From an uncultured Thermoplasmata archaeon (GTDB taxonomy: Archaea > Thermoplasmatota > Thermoplasmata > RBG-16-68-12), in contig CAVYJM010000017.1 in assembly GCA_963768855.1 (NCBI GenBank), positions 87,615 to 151,614 on the forward strand: 64,000 bases of DNA, given 5' to 3'. The translations under genes were made by a program, and so were the position numbers. Below are positions 10,439 through 20,482 of this stretch, piece by piece. How positions within the stretch are numbered: position 1 is the stretch's first letter; each line of letters starts with the position of its first letter. A model generated the notes under the pieces. It had not been told where the DNA came from, ran no database searches, and saw only the letters and a list, made by a program, of their open reading frames with translations.

Positions 10439-13318
10439 TCAGGCCAGCGGCCGTTTGCGCCGGCGGCGCAGGACGATCACGAGGGCGACCCCGAGGACCA
10501 CCGCGACGATGAGGGTCGCGAGTCCGCCGACGATCAGGACGTTCGGCCCGAAGGTCCCGACGACCGTGGCTGGCGCGTTCAGATGGAGCGTGGTCGGACT
10601 CGAGCTCCCGGATGCAGCTCCGGACCAGCCTATGAAAGTCTGGGTCGAGGAACCTGGAGAGGCCGCGAGCGTCACGACCGTTCCGACGGGCACGTAGATT
10701 GTCATCGACGAACCGGAGGCCACGATTCCGGACGCGGTACCATACGAGAAGCCGATCGAACCGCCGTCGCCCGCGGTGATCGTCAGTCCTGCGTCGAACA
10801 CGGCGGTCACGTTCAACGGACCGAAGGCCTGAAGGAAGAGACTCGTGGTCGTTCCGGACGCGTCACCAGCCCAGCGGTCGAACCGCCAGCCGGGCGGAGC
10901 GGTGGCGACGAGAGGGACGGTGGAGCCCGCGTCGACCCAGGCGGGAGCCGTCACCGCAGAAGCCAGGCTCGCGGGCTCTACGCTAGTCGAAATCCGGAAC
11001 TGCTCCCGGTACAGCACCGTGATCGTCCCGGACGCCGTGACGGTCCCGTTGCCGTTGGCCCCGGTTCCCCAACGAACGCTCGGCGAGGCGCCCGCCAGGG
11101 CGGCGTCGTAGGCGTAGGCCGCCTGGGAATCCGCCCACACGGTGGCATTGAGGGGGGAGGATCTTGCGGCCCCGAGGTACGAGTACTGGATCGAGGGGAT
11201 CGAGGCCGTCGCGGTGCCCTGGACCGTGTACTCGAAGGTCATGAGGACCTGGTGGTAGTAGGACAGGTTCAGGTCGAGGGGTCCGAGCAGGGTCCCGTTG
11301 ACCGTGCTCGATGTGATCCACCGCTCCGTGCCCGTCGATCCGGCGAGCTGAGATGCGACGGAATACGGAGAATTCGCATCGACGAAGACCCGGGCGGGCG
11401 GGTCGAACGCCTGAGCGGCCCCGAAGACGACCGCCGAGAGGCGGGGAGCGTCCGTGTATCCGGTCCCGCCCAGGGCGGTGTACGCGAAGGAGATCGCGTA
11501 CTGATGGTAATAGGTAAAGGAGATCGGGATCGAGGTGGACGTGTTCGCCCACCCCGAGGTCGCGGGCAGGCCGCCAGTGTTGAGGGTCCAGATCTCCCCC
11601 GAGGACGCTGAGGACCCGGGGAGCTGGGGGCCGACGCTCCACTGAGTGCCCGGATCGACGAGGATGGTGGTCGGGCCCGGACCGAACGCGGTCTGGGTGA
11701 GCACGCCACCGTTCTGGTGGGAGACCAGCGGCGAGGAGTAGCCGGTGCCTCCGCCCACGACCTGATAGGTGAGCGTGATCGCTGCCTTTATCGAGACGGA
11801 GACGACGTGCGTGGACCACCCGGCCGACGTGCCCATCTGGCCCGCGAGCCAGACGATGGACGAGTTGCCCGGGTCGAGCGCCGCGCCGAAGTAGTCGCCG
11901 TACCGGCAGGTCGTCTTGCAAGACCCGGGGCTCTCCGGCCCCGACCCGGCGGCTACCACTTGAGCAGGGGTCAGCGTGTTCGGCGCATCGGCCGGAAGCC
12001 GTCCGGACACCATGACGCCCGGGTAGTCCGTGGAGGACGAGTACCCGTACACGACCGCCAGGGCGCCGCTCCCGTCCACCCGGAGACCGGGATAGAACAC
12101 GTCCCGGCCCGCGACGTCGATGTCGAAGTCCTGCAGGAGGGTTCCCGCCGCGGTGTCGATCTGGACGAGGCGGATACAGGCCCGCGAGGATGCCGAGAGG
12201 CAGGCCTCGTCGAAGCCGAGCCACAGCGTGCCCCCCAACCACACGGCGTCGCTGACCCGGATGTCGGCGGTGTCAATCGTGTTCTTGGAGCCGAGCTGGG
12301 GCGCCGGGGGCGGCACGGCCGCCGTGGGCATGGACAGGCTCGTGACGCTCACGGTCACCGCGGCGGGCGGCGTGCCGGAGACGGTGAACAGGTGGAGAGT
12401 GTTCGAGGTGGTCTGGGCCCCGGGCCAGTACGCCGAGACCATGTATTGCTGGGCGCTGGCCCCCTCAATCTGCGCGGGGTGGATGGAGAACTCGTTTGGG
12501 TCAGGCGTCGACACGAACGTCCCGGGAGAGACCGACCCCGCGACGAGGTCCGCCTTGTTGAGCACCCAGTACTGCGCCCCGACGTACGTGAACGGGCTCG
12601 ACGTGCATGACGAGAAGTCGTTCGTGGAGACGATGACCGTGGACGTTCCCACACCGAGGATGGGCTGGTCCAGGCACGCGCTTCCGGCGATCGTGAAGTG
12701 GTGCCAGGGGCCGGTGGGATCGGAACTGCCGGAGACCGCGAGCAGGACGCTGCTCGTCGTCACGTCGGTCACGGTCGCGAACCATCGACCGCTTCCCGAG
12801 TCGTACTGGACCTTCGGATCCGAGATGAAGTCCGCGCCCGAGTTGAAGAAGACCGCGAGGTCCGTCAGCTGGACTTGCGTACCCGATTTCGTGTACACAC
12901 CCATCAGCAGGTTGACCATCTCGACGACGTACGTGGGGCCTGCGGACAGGATGACGTCCGGCGGCACCCATCCGTTCGAGATTCCCCCATTCGTTCCATA
13001 ATGCAGCGCATCCCATTCTGCGACCGTTTCGACCGTGGAGGGGGCTGGGGCGGGCGGGGCGGAGAGCACCGGAGCGCCGGCCTCGCCGACGATCGATTGA
13101 GGCGAGACCTGCGGGCCGCCAATCAGGCCCGTCCGCGGCAGGAGCGTCGGCGTCTTCGTCAGCGCAGATACAGTCGGGAGGCTCGGCACGGCCGACCCGG
13201 AGGAGTGCGCGGAGCTCCCTGGCGCGAGCGGGGTCCCGGACAGGGTGGCGTACCCGGCGGGCAGGAGCAGCGCTCCGATCGCAATCCAAGCGAGGAGTTC
13301 ACGCCTCGATGACAGCAT
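10439..13318 (-). CDS. Large secreted, C-terminally anchored surface protein (beta-rich N-terminal domain, InlB B-repeat-like units)
   Basis: N-terminal signal-like segment, S/T/G-rich, repeats GWRFDRWAGD and TFIGWSGAAS, C-terminal TM followed by LRRRRKR. Confidence 0.75.
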   Translation of the reverse strand: MLSSRRELLAWIAIGALLLPAGYATLSGTPLAPGSSAHSSGSAVPSLPTVSALTKTPTLLPRTGLIGGPQVSPQSIVGEAGAPVLSAPPAPAPSTVETVAEWDALHYGTNGGISNGWVPPDVILSAGPTYVVEMVNLLMGVYTKSGTQVQLTDLAVFFNSGADFISDPKVQYDSGSGRWFATVTDVTTSSVLLAVSGSSDPTGPWHHFTIAGSACLDQPILGVGTSTVIVSTNDFSSCTSSPFTYVGAQYWVLNKADLVAGSVSPGTFVSTPDPNEFSIHPAQIEGASAQQYMVSAYWPGAQTTSNTLHLFTVSGTPPAAVTVSVTSLSMPTAAVPPPAPQLGSKNTIDTADIRVSDAVWLGGTLWLGFDEACLSASSRACIRLVQIDTAAGTLLQDFDIDVAGRDVFYPGLRVDGSGALAVVYGYSSSTDYPGVMVSGRLPADAPNTLTPAQVVAAGSGPESPGSCKTTCRYGDYFGAALDPGNSSIVWLAGQMGTSAGWSTHVVSVSIKAAITLTYQVVGGGTGYSSPLVSHQNGGVLTQTAFGPGPTTILVDPGTQWSVGPQLPGSSASSGEIWTLNTGGLPATSGWANTSTSIPISFTYYHQYAISFAYTALGGTGYTDAPRLSAVVFGAAQAFDPPARVFVDANSPYSVASQLAGSTGTERWITSSTVNGTLLGPLDLNLSYYHQVLMTFEYTVQGTATASIPSIQYSYLGAARSSPLNATVWADSQAAYAYDAALAGASPSVRWGTGANGNGTVTASGTITVLYREQFRISTSVEPASLASAVTAPAWVDAGSTVPLVATAPPGWRFDRWAGDASGTTTSLFLQAFGPLNVTAVFDAGLTITAGDGGSIGFSYGTASGIVASGSSMTIYVPVGTVVTLAASPGSSTQTFIGWSGAASGSSSPTTLHLNAPATVVGTFGPNVLIVGGLATLIVAVVLGVALVIVLRRRRKRPLA

Positions 13319-13463
13319 AGCCAGCCATCCAGGATAAGTTCCTCGTGCGAGGACACTCGGACGAAATAAGGGTATCTGTTGCCCGCAAGCACGGAAGGAC
13401 CGAAAACGGTGGTCCCCCTCGAGGATCGATGGCTTGGTCGTGCGTGGCGGAGCCGAGAGGAAA

Positions 13464-13537
13464 CGCCCCTGTGGGGATTTGAACCCCAGTCTGAAGCTCC
13501 GCAGGCTTCTAGCCTATCCAAACTAGCCTACAGGGGC
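13464..13537 (-). tRNA. tRNA-Arg (anticodon GCG), intron-less, CCA not encoded
   Basis: Minus strand GCCCCTG...CAGGGGC acceptor stem, GAAGC-CT-GCG-GA-GCTTC anticodon arm, GGTTCAAATCC T-arm. Confidence 0.95.
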
Positions 13538-13580
13538 GCGAGGGCTCGCATGGGCTCGCGATACAAAAACGCTTGGGTGT

Positions 13581-14222
13581 TCAGGCACGAGGGGTGGAGC
13601 CCAGCGCGTCCTGGACGCGCTGACTGATCTCCTTGATGACGCCGCTCGCATAGACCTCCCGGAGGAGCCCACGCTCCTTGTAGTACTGGATGAGCGGCGC
13701 CGTCTGCCGCTCATACGTCTCGATCCGAGTCCGCACGACCTCCTCGCGATCATCAGGACGGGTGACCAGGGCGCTTCCACACTTGTCGCAAACGTCTGGC
13801 TTCTTCGGAGGGTTCGATGCCACGTGGTACACGGATTCGCACTTCGGGCAGATCCGTCGTCCCGCGCTTCGTTTCACAAGCTCTTCGGGTTCCAGGAAGA
13901 GGTTGACGACCGCGTCGAGCGGCGTGAGCCCTGCGAGTGCCTCCGCCTGCGCAATCGTCCGGGGGAAGCCGTCGAGGATGAAGCCGTTGCGGGCGTCCGG
14001 CTCCTTCAGGCGCTCGGCCGTCATGGCGATCACGAGGTCGTCGGGGACGAGCTTGCCCGATTCCATGAACGCCTTCGCCTTCTTCCCGAGTTCCGTCCCC
14101 TGCGCGACGTTCCGGCGCAGGATGTCTCCCGTGGAGATGCGGGGCACCCGGAGGGTTTCCGCAAGCCGGGCGGCCTGGGTGCCCTTGCCCGAACCCGGCG
14201 GCCCCAGGAGGACGAGACGCAT
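13581..14222 (-). CDS. adk: Adenylate kinase (long, zinc-LID type)
   Basis: GPPGSGKGT P-loop, ISTGDILR, GFILDGFPRT, CPKC...CDKC lid. Confidence 0.96.
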   Translation of the reverse strand: MRLVLLGPPGSGKGTQAARLAETLRVPRISTGDILRRNVAQGTELGKKAKAFMESGKLVPDDLVIAMTAERLKEPDARNGFILDGFPRTIAQAEALAGLTPLDAVVNLFLEPEELVKRSAGRRICPKCESVYHVASNPPKKPDVCDKCGSALVTRPDDREEVVRTRIETYERQTAPLIQYYKERGLLREVYASGVIKEISQRVQDALGSTPRA

Positions 14223-14406
14223 GGGCGTGAGAACGCGCGAGCGGACAAAAGACTTTGCGCCCGCACCGGGCTCACGTCACGAAGACCCATCGAATGCATA
14301 GAATACTTGCGACACACCTATGCGAGGGAGCGGCCCCATGCCTCGCCGGCACCGGACGCCCTCGCTCGACACGGAAGGGCGGCCGGTGCGGTTCGAGGTG
14401 CCCAAG

Positions 14407-15138
14407 ATGGAATCGGCAAACGACGTCGCCGTCGAGGTCCGCAGCCTCAAGAAGAACTACGGGAGCTTCGAGGCGCTGAAGGACGTTTCGTTCTCCGTCC
14501 GAAAGGGGGAGGTGTATGGCCTCATCGGCCCTAACGGCGCGGGGAAGACAACGACTCTCCGGGTCCTCGCGACCTTGCTCCAGATCACCGCCGGGTCCGT
14601 CCATCTGTTCGGCATCGACGTCGCGAAGCGGCCCGAGGAAGTGCGCAAGGTCATCAGCTACCTGCCCGAGGACGCCGGCGCGTACAAGAACCTGACCGGC
14701 CGCCAGTACCTCGAGTTCATCGCACGGTTCTTCACCCACGGAGAGGCGGAGCACGAGATGGTGGCGCGGGGCCTCGAGATCGTGGATCTCGCGGACCGCA
14801 TCGACGACAAGGTCGAGACGTACAGCAAGGGGATGATGCGCCGCCTCCTCGTCGGCCGCGCGCTGATGACGAACCCGCGGCTCGCCATCCTGGACGAGCT
14901 GACGTCCGGGCTCGACGTGATCAACGCGCAGGAGATCCGGAAGATCGTCAAGGACGAGTCCCGGGCTGGAACGACGTTCGTCGTCTCGTCCCACAACATG
15001 CTCGAGGTCGAGCTCGTGTGCGACCGCATTTCCCTGATCCACGACGGCGTCATCGTGGAGACGGGGACGCCGGCCGAGCTGAAGGCCAAGCATCACGCAG
15101 CCAACATCGAGGAAGTCTTCATGGCGGTGGCCGCATGA
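14407..15138 (+). CDS. ABC-2-type exporter ATP-binding subunit (NatA-like)
   Basis: GPNGAGKTT, YSKGMMRR signature, LDELTSGLD, SSHNM. Confidence 0.9.
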   Translation: MESANDVAVEVRSLKKNYGSFEALKDVSFSVRKGEVYGLIGPNGAGKTTTLRVLATLLQITAGSVHLFGIDVAKRPEEVRKVISYLPEDAGAYKNLTGRQYLEFIARFFTHGEAEHEMVARGLEIVDLADRIDDKVETYSKGMMRRLLVGRALMTNPRLAILDELTSGLDVINAQEIRKIVKDESRAGTTFVVSSHNMLEVELVCDRISLIHDGVIVETGTPAELKAKHHAANIEEVFMAVAA

Positions 15139-16433
15139 GCGCCCTCACGAACATCGTCCGAAAAGAACTCAAGGAACTCCTCACTCCTTCGGTCATCGCG
15201 CCCGTGGTCATCATGGCCCTCCTGTTCGGGGGCCTCGGCAGTGCGATTGGGGATATCGCGCAACAGGCGCAGGCGAAGCCCACGATTGCCGTAGTGCCTA
15301 TGGACCAAGGGGTCCTGAGCAACCTCAGTCTGCAGGTCCTGGATGCGGGCTCCGAGATCACCTACAACGGGACCTCCCTGGACCTGGCCCTCGAGGCGGC
15401 GCAGGCCAACGGCGGCACCGCGGTGCTCTACATCCCGTCGAACTTCACGGCCTCCATCCTCGGCGGGACTCTTGGGGAAATCGAGGTGTACTGGATCATG
15501 CGCGGTGCAGGCCTCTTGGATTCCATCTCCTCGGGCGCCGTCGAGGGCCTCCTGGCATCCGTGAGCCGGACCATTTCTTCGTACCTGATCGGAACCGGGG
15601 CCTCCGTCCCCGCGAGCGTGGTCCTCGCGCCGACTCTTCGGACGGATACGACCTACTTCCACAACGTGATCATGGAGGGCATCTCGCCCGCGGTCCTCGG
15701 GAATATGCTCGCGTCCCAATCCACGTTCGTCCCGGTGATCATCATGTTGATCATCCTGATGGCGGGGAGCATGGTGATCACCTCCATGGGCATGGAGAAG
15801 GACAACAAGACCCTCGAGACCCTCCTCACGCTCCCGGTGGGCCGCGGGTCCATCGTCGCGGGGAAGCTCATTGCGAGCGCGGTCATCGGTCTGTTCATGG
15901 CGGGCATCTACATGATTGGCTTCAGCTACTATATCGGCGGCCTGACCGCCAGTGCACCCGTGAACCTCGCCGCGTACGGTCTGACGCTCACGCCGCTGGA
16001 TTATGTCCTCCTGGGTGTCTCCGTCTTCGCTGCCCTCTTCGCCGCGCTGTCCCTGTGCATGGTCCTCGGCACGTTCGCGAAGAACTACAAGGCGGCTCAG
16101 GCTCTCACGATGCCCATCACCCTCCTCGCGATGGTCCCCATGTTCATGACCATGTTCTGGGACTACAACACCCTCCCGACCGCGGCCCAGGCGATCGTCT
16201 TCGTGATTCCCTTCAGCCACCCCATGATGGCCATGCGGTCGCTCATGTTCAAGGACTACGGGTTCGTCCTCGCGGGGATCGGGTACTCCTTCGCCTTCGC
16301 AATCGTGATGATCCTCATCGCGGTGTGGATTTTCCGCACGGACCGGCTCCTGACGGGGCACCTCACGAAGGGGGCGCCGGGCTCGAGACGCAGGAAGGGG
16401 ATCTGGCGCTTCGTGAACCTGCCGGGACGCTGA
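15135..16433 (+). CDS. ABC-2-type exporter permease (NatB-like)
   Basis: IVRKELKELL start, EKDNKTLETLLTLPV...IVAGK motif, multiple TMs, ATGA overlap with the ATPase gene. Confidence 0.88.
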   Translation: MSALTNIVRKELKELLTPSVIAPVVIMALLFGGLGSAIGDIAQQAQAKPTIAVVPMDQGVLSNLSLQVLDAGSEITYNGTSLDLALEAAQANGGTAVLYIPSNFTASILGGTLGEIEVYWIMRGAGLLDSISSGAVEGLLASVSRTISSYLIGTGASVPASVVLAPTLRTDTTYFHNVIMEGISPAVLGNMLASQSTFVPVIIMLIILMAGSMVITSMGMEKDNKTLETLLTLPVGRGSIVAGKLIASAVIGLFMAGIYMIGFSYYIGGLTASAPVNLAAYGLTLTPLDYVLLGVSVFAALFAALSLCMVLGTFAKNYKAAQALTMPITLLAMVPMFMTMFWDYNTLPTAAQAIVFVIPFSHPMMAMRSLMFKDYGFVLAGIGYSFAFAIVMILIAVWIFRTDRLLTGHLTKGAPGSRRRKGIWRFVNLPGR

Positions 16434-16439
16434 CCCGCG

Positions 16440-16830
16440 TCACGGCGAGGGAGGCGGCGGACCTGCGCGTCCGACCATGAACAAATCGACGTACCCCTTG
16501 AGCCGGATGTATTCCGCGTCCGTCAGGCGGTTCCGGGCCTCCGTCAGGATGTTGCGCACGGAATCGAGGTCCGCGTCCCCATCGGAGCCCATGAGAAGCA
16601 GGAGCTCCGCGTACTGGGAGAGGGGGTCGAGGCTCAGCTTTCGGTCGTAGTGCTCGAGGGGGTAGAGCCACCCGACGGTCGTGCGAATCGAGGGCGAGGT
16701 GCGCTCGGTGAGGACGATCACACCCTGCCCTTTGGGCTTCGGATCGTACTCGCGGATGCCCTCGTCGGAGGTCCGGTACGGCCTCCGCTGCGGTCGGCCC
16801 CTCCCTCCATTGGACGGAATGCGCTCTAGT
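16440..16830 (-). pseudogene. Orphan ORF or gene fragment (about 125 codons, start unclear)
   Basis: Open frame with protein-like composition (...GIREYDPKPKGQGVIVLTER...DPLSQYAELLLLMG...) but no convincing start codon. Confidence 0.3.
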
Positions 16831-16998
16831 CCAGACGACGACAAATCACGTCCTCCCGGAAGGGAATTCTGCGGGGACCCTAAAATGGTTTGCACCGGGG
16901 TCGTTTGAGGAAACGGCAGGTGCGCCGACGAGGAGGCGACAGGAGAGCAACGGCCAGCCGAGAAACTCACGGGCCACCGCCGCAAGCGGGAGACGCCA

Positions 16999-18273
16999 TC
17001 ATCCGCGGCTGGGCGCCGCGTCGTCGACAGCGGGGCGCACGTTGCGGAACGTGAGGTAGAACCCGGCGATCGATGAGATATAGAAGGCGGCGGCCAGGAG
17101 GAAGGGGAGTTCGAAGTGACCACCCTGGAGGAGGGCGCCGCCGATGACCGTCGTCGCACTGTTCGGAAGACGCCAGACGATCGAGTTGATCGCACTCGCC
17201 AGGCCGCGGTCCTCCGGGGCGATGATGCTCATGAGGTAGGAGTCCGAAATCGGCGAGGACATCATCATCAGGGCCGCGCGGACGACATAGAGTCCGCCTG
17301 CAAGGGCCGCGTTCGGCACGAACGCGAGGCTCACCATGAAGATCGTCGAGAGGCCCTCCGTCAGTGCGATCGCCTTGACCGGTCCGTAGCGCTTCGCGAG
17401 CCCGGCGCTCCAGAGCGCCGCGAACCCCACGGTCATGAGGGACAGGGCCAGGAGAGGGCCGCTGAACGTGTCGGGGACCGAGAACTTGAGCCAGAACCAG
17501 GTGGCGATGAGCGGGATGATGAAGCCCGCCCCCAGCCCCACGAGGCCGTTCAGGAGGGAGAACTTCAGGAGGAGGTTCATCTTCCGCCCCCGGTGGAAGA
17601 AACGGGTCCTCGGGTAGCTCACCTCCTCGAACCCTCTCAGGAGGAAGGCCAGGGAGATTGGGGAAAGGCACGCGAATCCCGCGAAGAACAGGAGCGCGTC
17701 GTGATGCAAGACGGCCAGCGACGCGCCGGTCAGGGACGAGAGGGCCGGGAACAGGATGAACACGGAGGCGCCCAAGCCGTTCGCCACGATGTTGATGACG
17801 AACGAAAGGGAGAACGCATGGTCGCGGTTTTCCAGGGCCGTCTGGTCCGCGATCATCGCATTCCATGTCGTGAGGAACGCGCCCTGGGCTACGCCGATGA
17901 CGATTGCGGCAAGGATCAGGTTGATCAATTCCGATGTGAACGCGTACACGAGCAGGGCGGGAGGCAGCCCCATCGTCCCCAGGAGGAACACGACCTTCCG
18001 CCCGCGGCGGTCTGAGAAGACTCCCAGGGGGATCGCGCTCAGGACCACGCTCGCCGCGCTTGCGGCGAGGATGAGGCCGACCGCCTCTCCGCTGATTCCC
18101 TGCTCCGGGAGGTACGCCGTGACGTAGACATAGTAGAAACCTTGGCTCACCGTGAGGAACGAGAGCAGGCCGATGAGCCATCTCACCCGGGAGGGAACGT
18201 CGCCGAAGCGGACGAACGACAGCGCGGGGGTGGGCCGGACTGGCGTGCCCGTGGACGGGGACTCCGAACGCAT
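16999..18273 (-). CDS. MFS transporter (paralog 1)
   Basis: About 12 TMs, GVFSDRRGRK motif A. Confidence 0.9.
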   Translation of the reverse strand: MRSESPSTGTPVRPTPALSFVRFGDVPSRVRWLIGLLSFLTVSQGFYYVYVTAYLPEQGISGEAVGLILAASAASVVLSAIPLGVFSDRRGRKVVFLLGTMGLPPALLVYAFTSELINLILAAIVIGVAQGAFLTTWNAMIADQTALENRDHAFSLSFVINIVANGLGASVFILFPALSSLTGASLAVLHHDALLFFAGFACLSPISLAFLLRGFEEVSYPRTRFFHRGRKMNLLLKFSLLNGLVGLGAGFIIPLIATWFWLKFSVPDTFSGPLLALSLMTVGFAALWSAGLAKRYGPVKAIALTEGLSTIFMVSLAFVPNAALAGGLYVVRAALMMMSSPISDSYLMSIIAPEDRGLASAINSIVWRLPNSATTVIGGALLQGGHFELPFLLAAAFYISSIAGFYLTFRNVRPAVDDAAPSRG

Positions 18274-18370
18274 GGTCGCCGACGCGAGACCGGAACGCCT
18301 TCAAGAAACCTTTGTCAGGCCAGACTGCCACAGGCAAACGAGGCGTCTCGCGTCCCAGGCGTCATCGAAT

Positions 18371-19630
18371 TCAGCTCGTTGGCCGCACGTTCCGGAACAC
18401 GACGTAGAAGCCCGTGATCGAGACGAGATAGAACGCCGTGGCGAGGAAGATCGGGAAGTCGAGATATCCGGCCTCCATGAGGAGACCCCCGGCCACCGTG
18501 GTAATGCTGTTCGGCAGGCGCCAGATGATCGAGTTCACCGCGCTGGCCAGGCCCCGCTGCTCCGGTGAAATGATCCCCATGAGGAACGAGTCCCCGATTG
18601 GCGAGGACATGTTCATCAGCGCAGCGCGCACGATGTAGAAGGTCGCAGCGAGTATCGCGTTCGTCATGAATGCGAGGCTGAGCATGAAGACGGTCGAGAG
18701 ACCCTGCATCATGACGATGGCCCGGACCGGGCCGTAGCGCCGCGCGAGCGGGGCACTGACGATCGCAGCCGCCCCGATCGTGAGGTTCGCGAGCGCCAGG
18801 ACGGGTCCGCTCCAGGTGTCCAGGACGCCGAACTTGAGGAGGAGCCATGTGGCCACCAGCGGGACGAAGAAGCCCGCTCCGAGGCCGATGAGGCCGTTCA
18901 GCCCGGAGAACTTCAGGAGCGGCTTCCAGTCCATCTCCCGGCGCCGCTCCTCCGTCGCGCGCACCCTCTCGCGGTAGTCCCGCAGGAGTAGGTAGAAGGC
19001 CGGTGGGGCCAGGAACCCGAGGAGGTCCGTCCCGACGAGGGCGAGGATGTGCATCGGATGCGTGCCCATCCCGGTCCAACCCTGCAGGAACGGGAAGGCG
19101 AGGGGCAACGCGAACCCGGCGCCCGATGCGACGTTGTTGAGGATGAAGGAGAGGGAGAACGCAGAGTTCCGCTGATCCGCGGTCGTCTGGTCCGCGATGA
19201 TCGCGTTCCAGGTGGAGAGGAACGCGCCCTCCGCCACGCCCGAGACCACGGCCGCGAGGACGAGCCACAGGGGGTCCGTCGTCACCGCGAAGACGAGCAG
19301 CGAGGGAGGCAGGATGACGGACGCCACGATGAGAAGGCCTTTCCGCCCCCGGCGGTCCGAGTAGATTCCGAGCGGGATCGCACTCAGGACCATCGACGCG
19401 CCCTCGGCACCGAGGATCAGGCCCACAATCCCGGACTCGACGCCGGTTTCCGGGAGGTACGCGGTGATGAAGACGATCAGGTAGCCGAAACCCACCGCAC
19501 CGAGCGCGTTGGCGTAGATGATCCAGCGGACTTTGGACGGGATGGCGGAGAAGCCGAAGCCTTTGGGCGCGTCGGGCTCCGGCACGGAAGTCTCCACGTG
19601 AACCCCTTTCTTCGAGAGACCCCGCGCCAT
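18371..19630 (-). CDS. MFS transporter (paralog 2)
   Basis: About 12 TMs, GIYSDRRGRK motif A, clearly homologous to the neighbouring MFS. Confidence 0.9.
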   Translation of the reverse strand: MARGLSKKGVHVETSVPEPDAPKGFGFSAIPSKVRWIIYANALGAVGFGYLIVFITAYLPETGVESGIVGLILGAEGASMVLSAIPLGIYSDRRGRKGLLIVASVILPPSLLVFAVTTDPLWLVLAAVVSGVAEGAFLSTWNAIIADQTTADQRNSAFSLSFILNNVASGAGFALPLAFPFLQGWTGMGTHPMHILALVGTDLLGFLAPPAFYLLLRDYRERVRATEERRREMDWKPLLKFSGLNGLIGLGAGFFVPLVATWLLLKFGVLDTWSGPVLALANLTIGAAAIVSAPLARRYGPVRAIVMMQGLSTVFMLSLAFMTNAILAATFYIVRAALMNMSSPIGDSFLMGIISPEQRGLASAVNSIIWRLPNSITTVAGGLLMEAGYLDFPIFLATAFYLVSITGFYVVFRNVRPTS

Positions 19631-19834
19631 CTTCGCGGGCGGCTTCTACTTTCCGGTACATCCAGTAAATGCGAGTCCGCGTTGCAGACCACCTCAGAGC
19701 TGCCGCCACCGAGACCGCAAGGCGCCCGCGCCCCTGCGTCTGCAATGGAGATTATTCCACAACATGCAAAGTACGTTCCAAAGGACTATCCCCGCTATGC
19801 GGCCTCCCTTTGCAAGATTCGGGAGGCCCTTCCC

Positions 19835-20482
19835 GTGGACGACTACGTTGCACGCCTGAAGAAAGCGGTCATCGAGTATGACATGGAGAACATGGACAAA
19901 CTGGCCAGGGAGGCCCTGGATCACGGCATGGACCCGCTGGCAGGCATCGAGAAAGGCCTGGGAGCCGGGATCCGGGAGGTCGGTCAGAAGTTCGGTGCAG
20001 GCGAATGCTTCCTGCCGGAGCTTGTCATGGCCGCCGAGACGATGCGGACGGGAGTCGCGATCCTCGAACCGCGCGTGCCGAAGGGTTCGGCCGCGAGGCA
20101 GACGCACAAGGTCGTCCTCGCGACGGTCCAAGATGACATTCACGAGATCGGGAAGAACCTCGTCGGGACGATGCTCACGGCGAACGGGTTCGACGTCGTG
20201 GACCTTGGCGTGAACCAGCCCGCGGACGCGATCCTCGCCAAGGCGAAGGAGATCAACGCGGAGATCGTCGGGGTGTCCGCCCTCATGACGACGTCCATGC
20301 CGAGGATGAAGGAACTCCTGGCGGCCGCGCAGACGAAAGGCGTCCGCTCCCGGGAGAAGTTCCTGGTCGGCGGCGCGCCCGTCACGGAGCAGTACGCGAA
20401 GGAGATCGGCTCCGACGGCACGGCCGGCGACGCGTCCGGCGCGGTGCGGCTGGCGCAGAAGCTCGTGGGGGCGAAGACGTGA
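19835..20482 (+). CDS. Corrinoid (B12-binding) methyltransferase protein, MttC/MtbC-like
   Basis: FLPELVMAA cap domain, TVQDDIHEIGKNLV (DxHxxG), DLG, SALMTTSM, VGGAPVT. GGAGG at 19822-19826 precedes GTG 19835. Confidence 0.92.
   Translation: MDDYVARLKKAVIEYDMENMDKLAREALDHGMDPLAGIEKGLGAGIREVGQKFGAGECFLPELVMAAETMRTGVAILEPRVPKGSAARQTHKVVLATVQDDIHEIGKNLVGTMLTANGFDVVDLGVNQPADAILAKAKEINAEIVGVSALMTTSMPRMKELLAAAQTKGVRSREKFLVGGAPVTEQYAKEIGSDGTAGDASGAVRLAQKLVGAKT

Noticed and set aside
13464-13490. tRNA-Arg as an integration site
   Set aside because: I found no duplicated tRNA 3' fragment or integrase. The CCACAGGG at about 44280 is too short to be meaningful.
19640-19834. Canonical cobalamin riboswitch
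   Set aside because: The B12-box and GGGAA...GCCCCCGCAACTGT consensus are absent on both strands.
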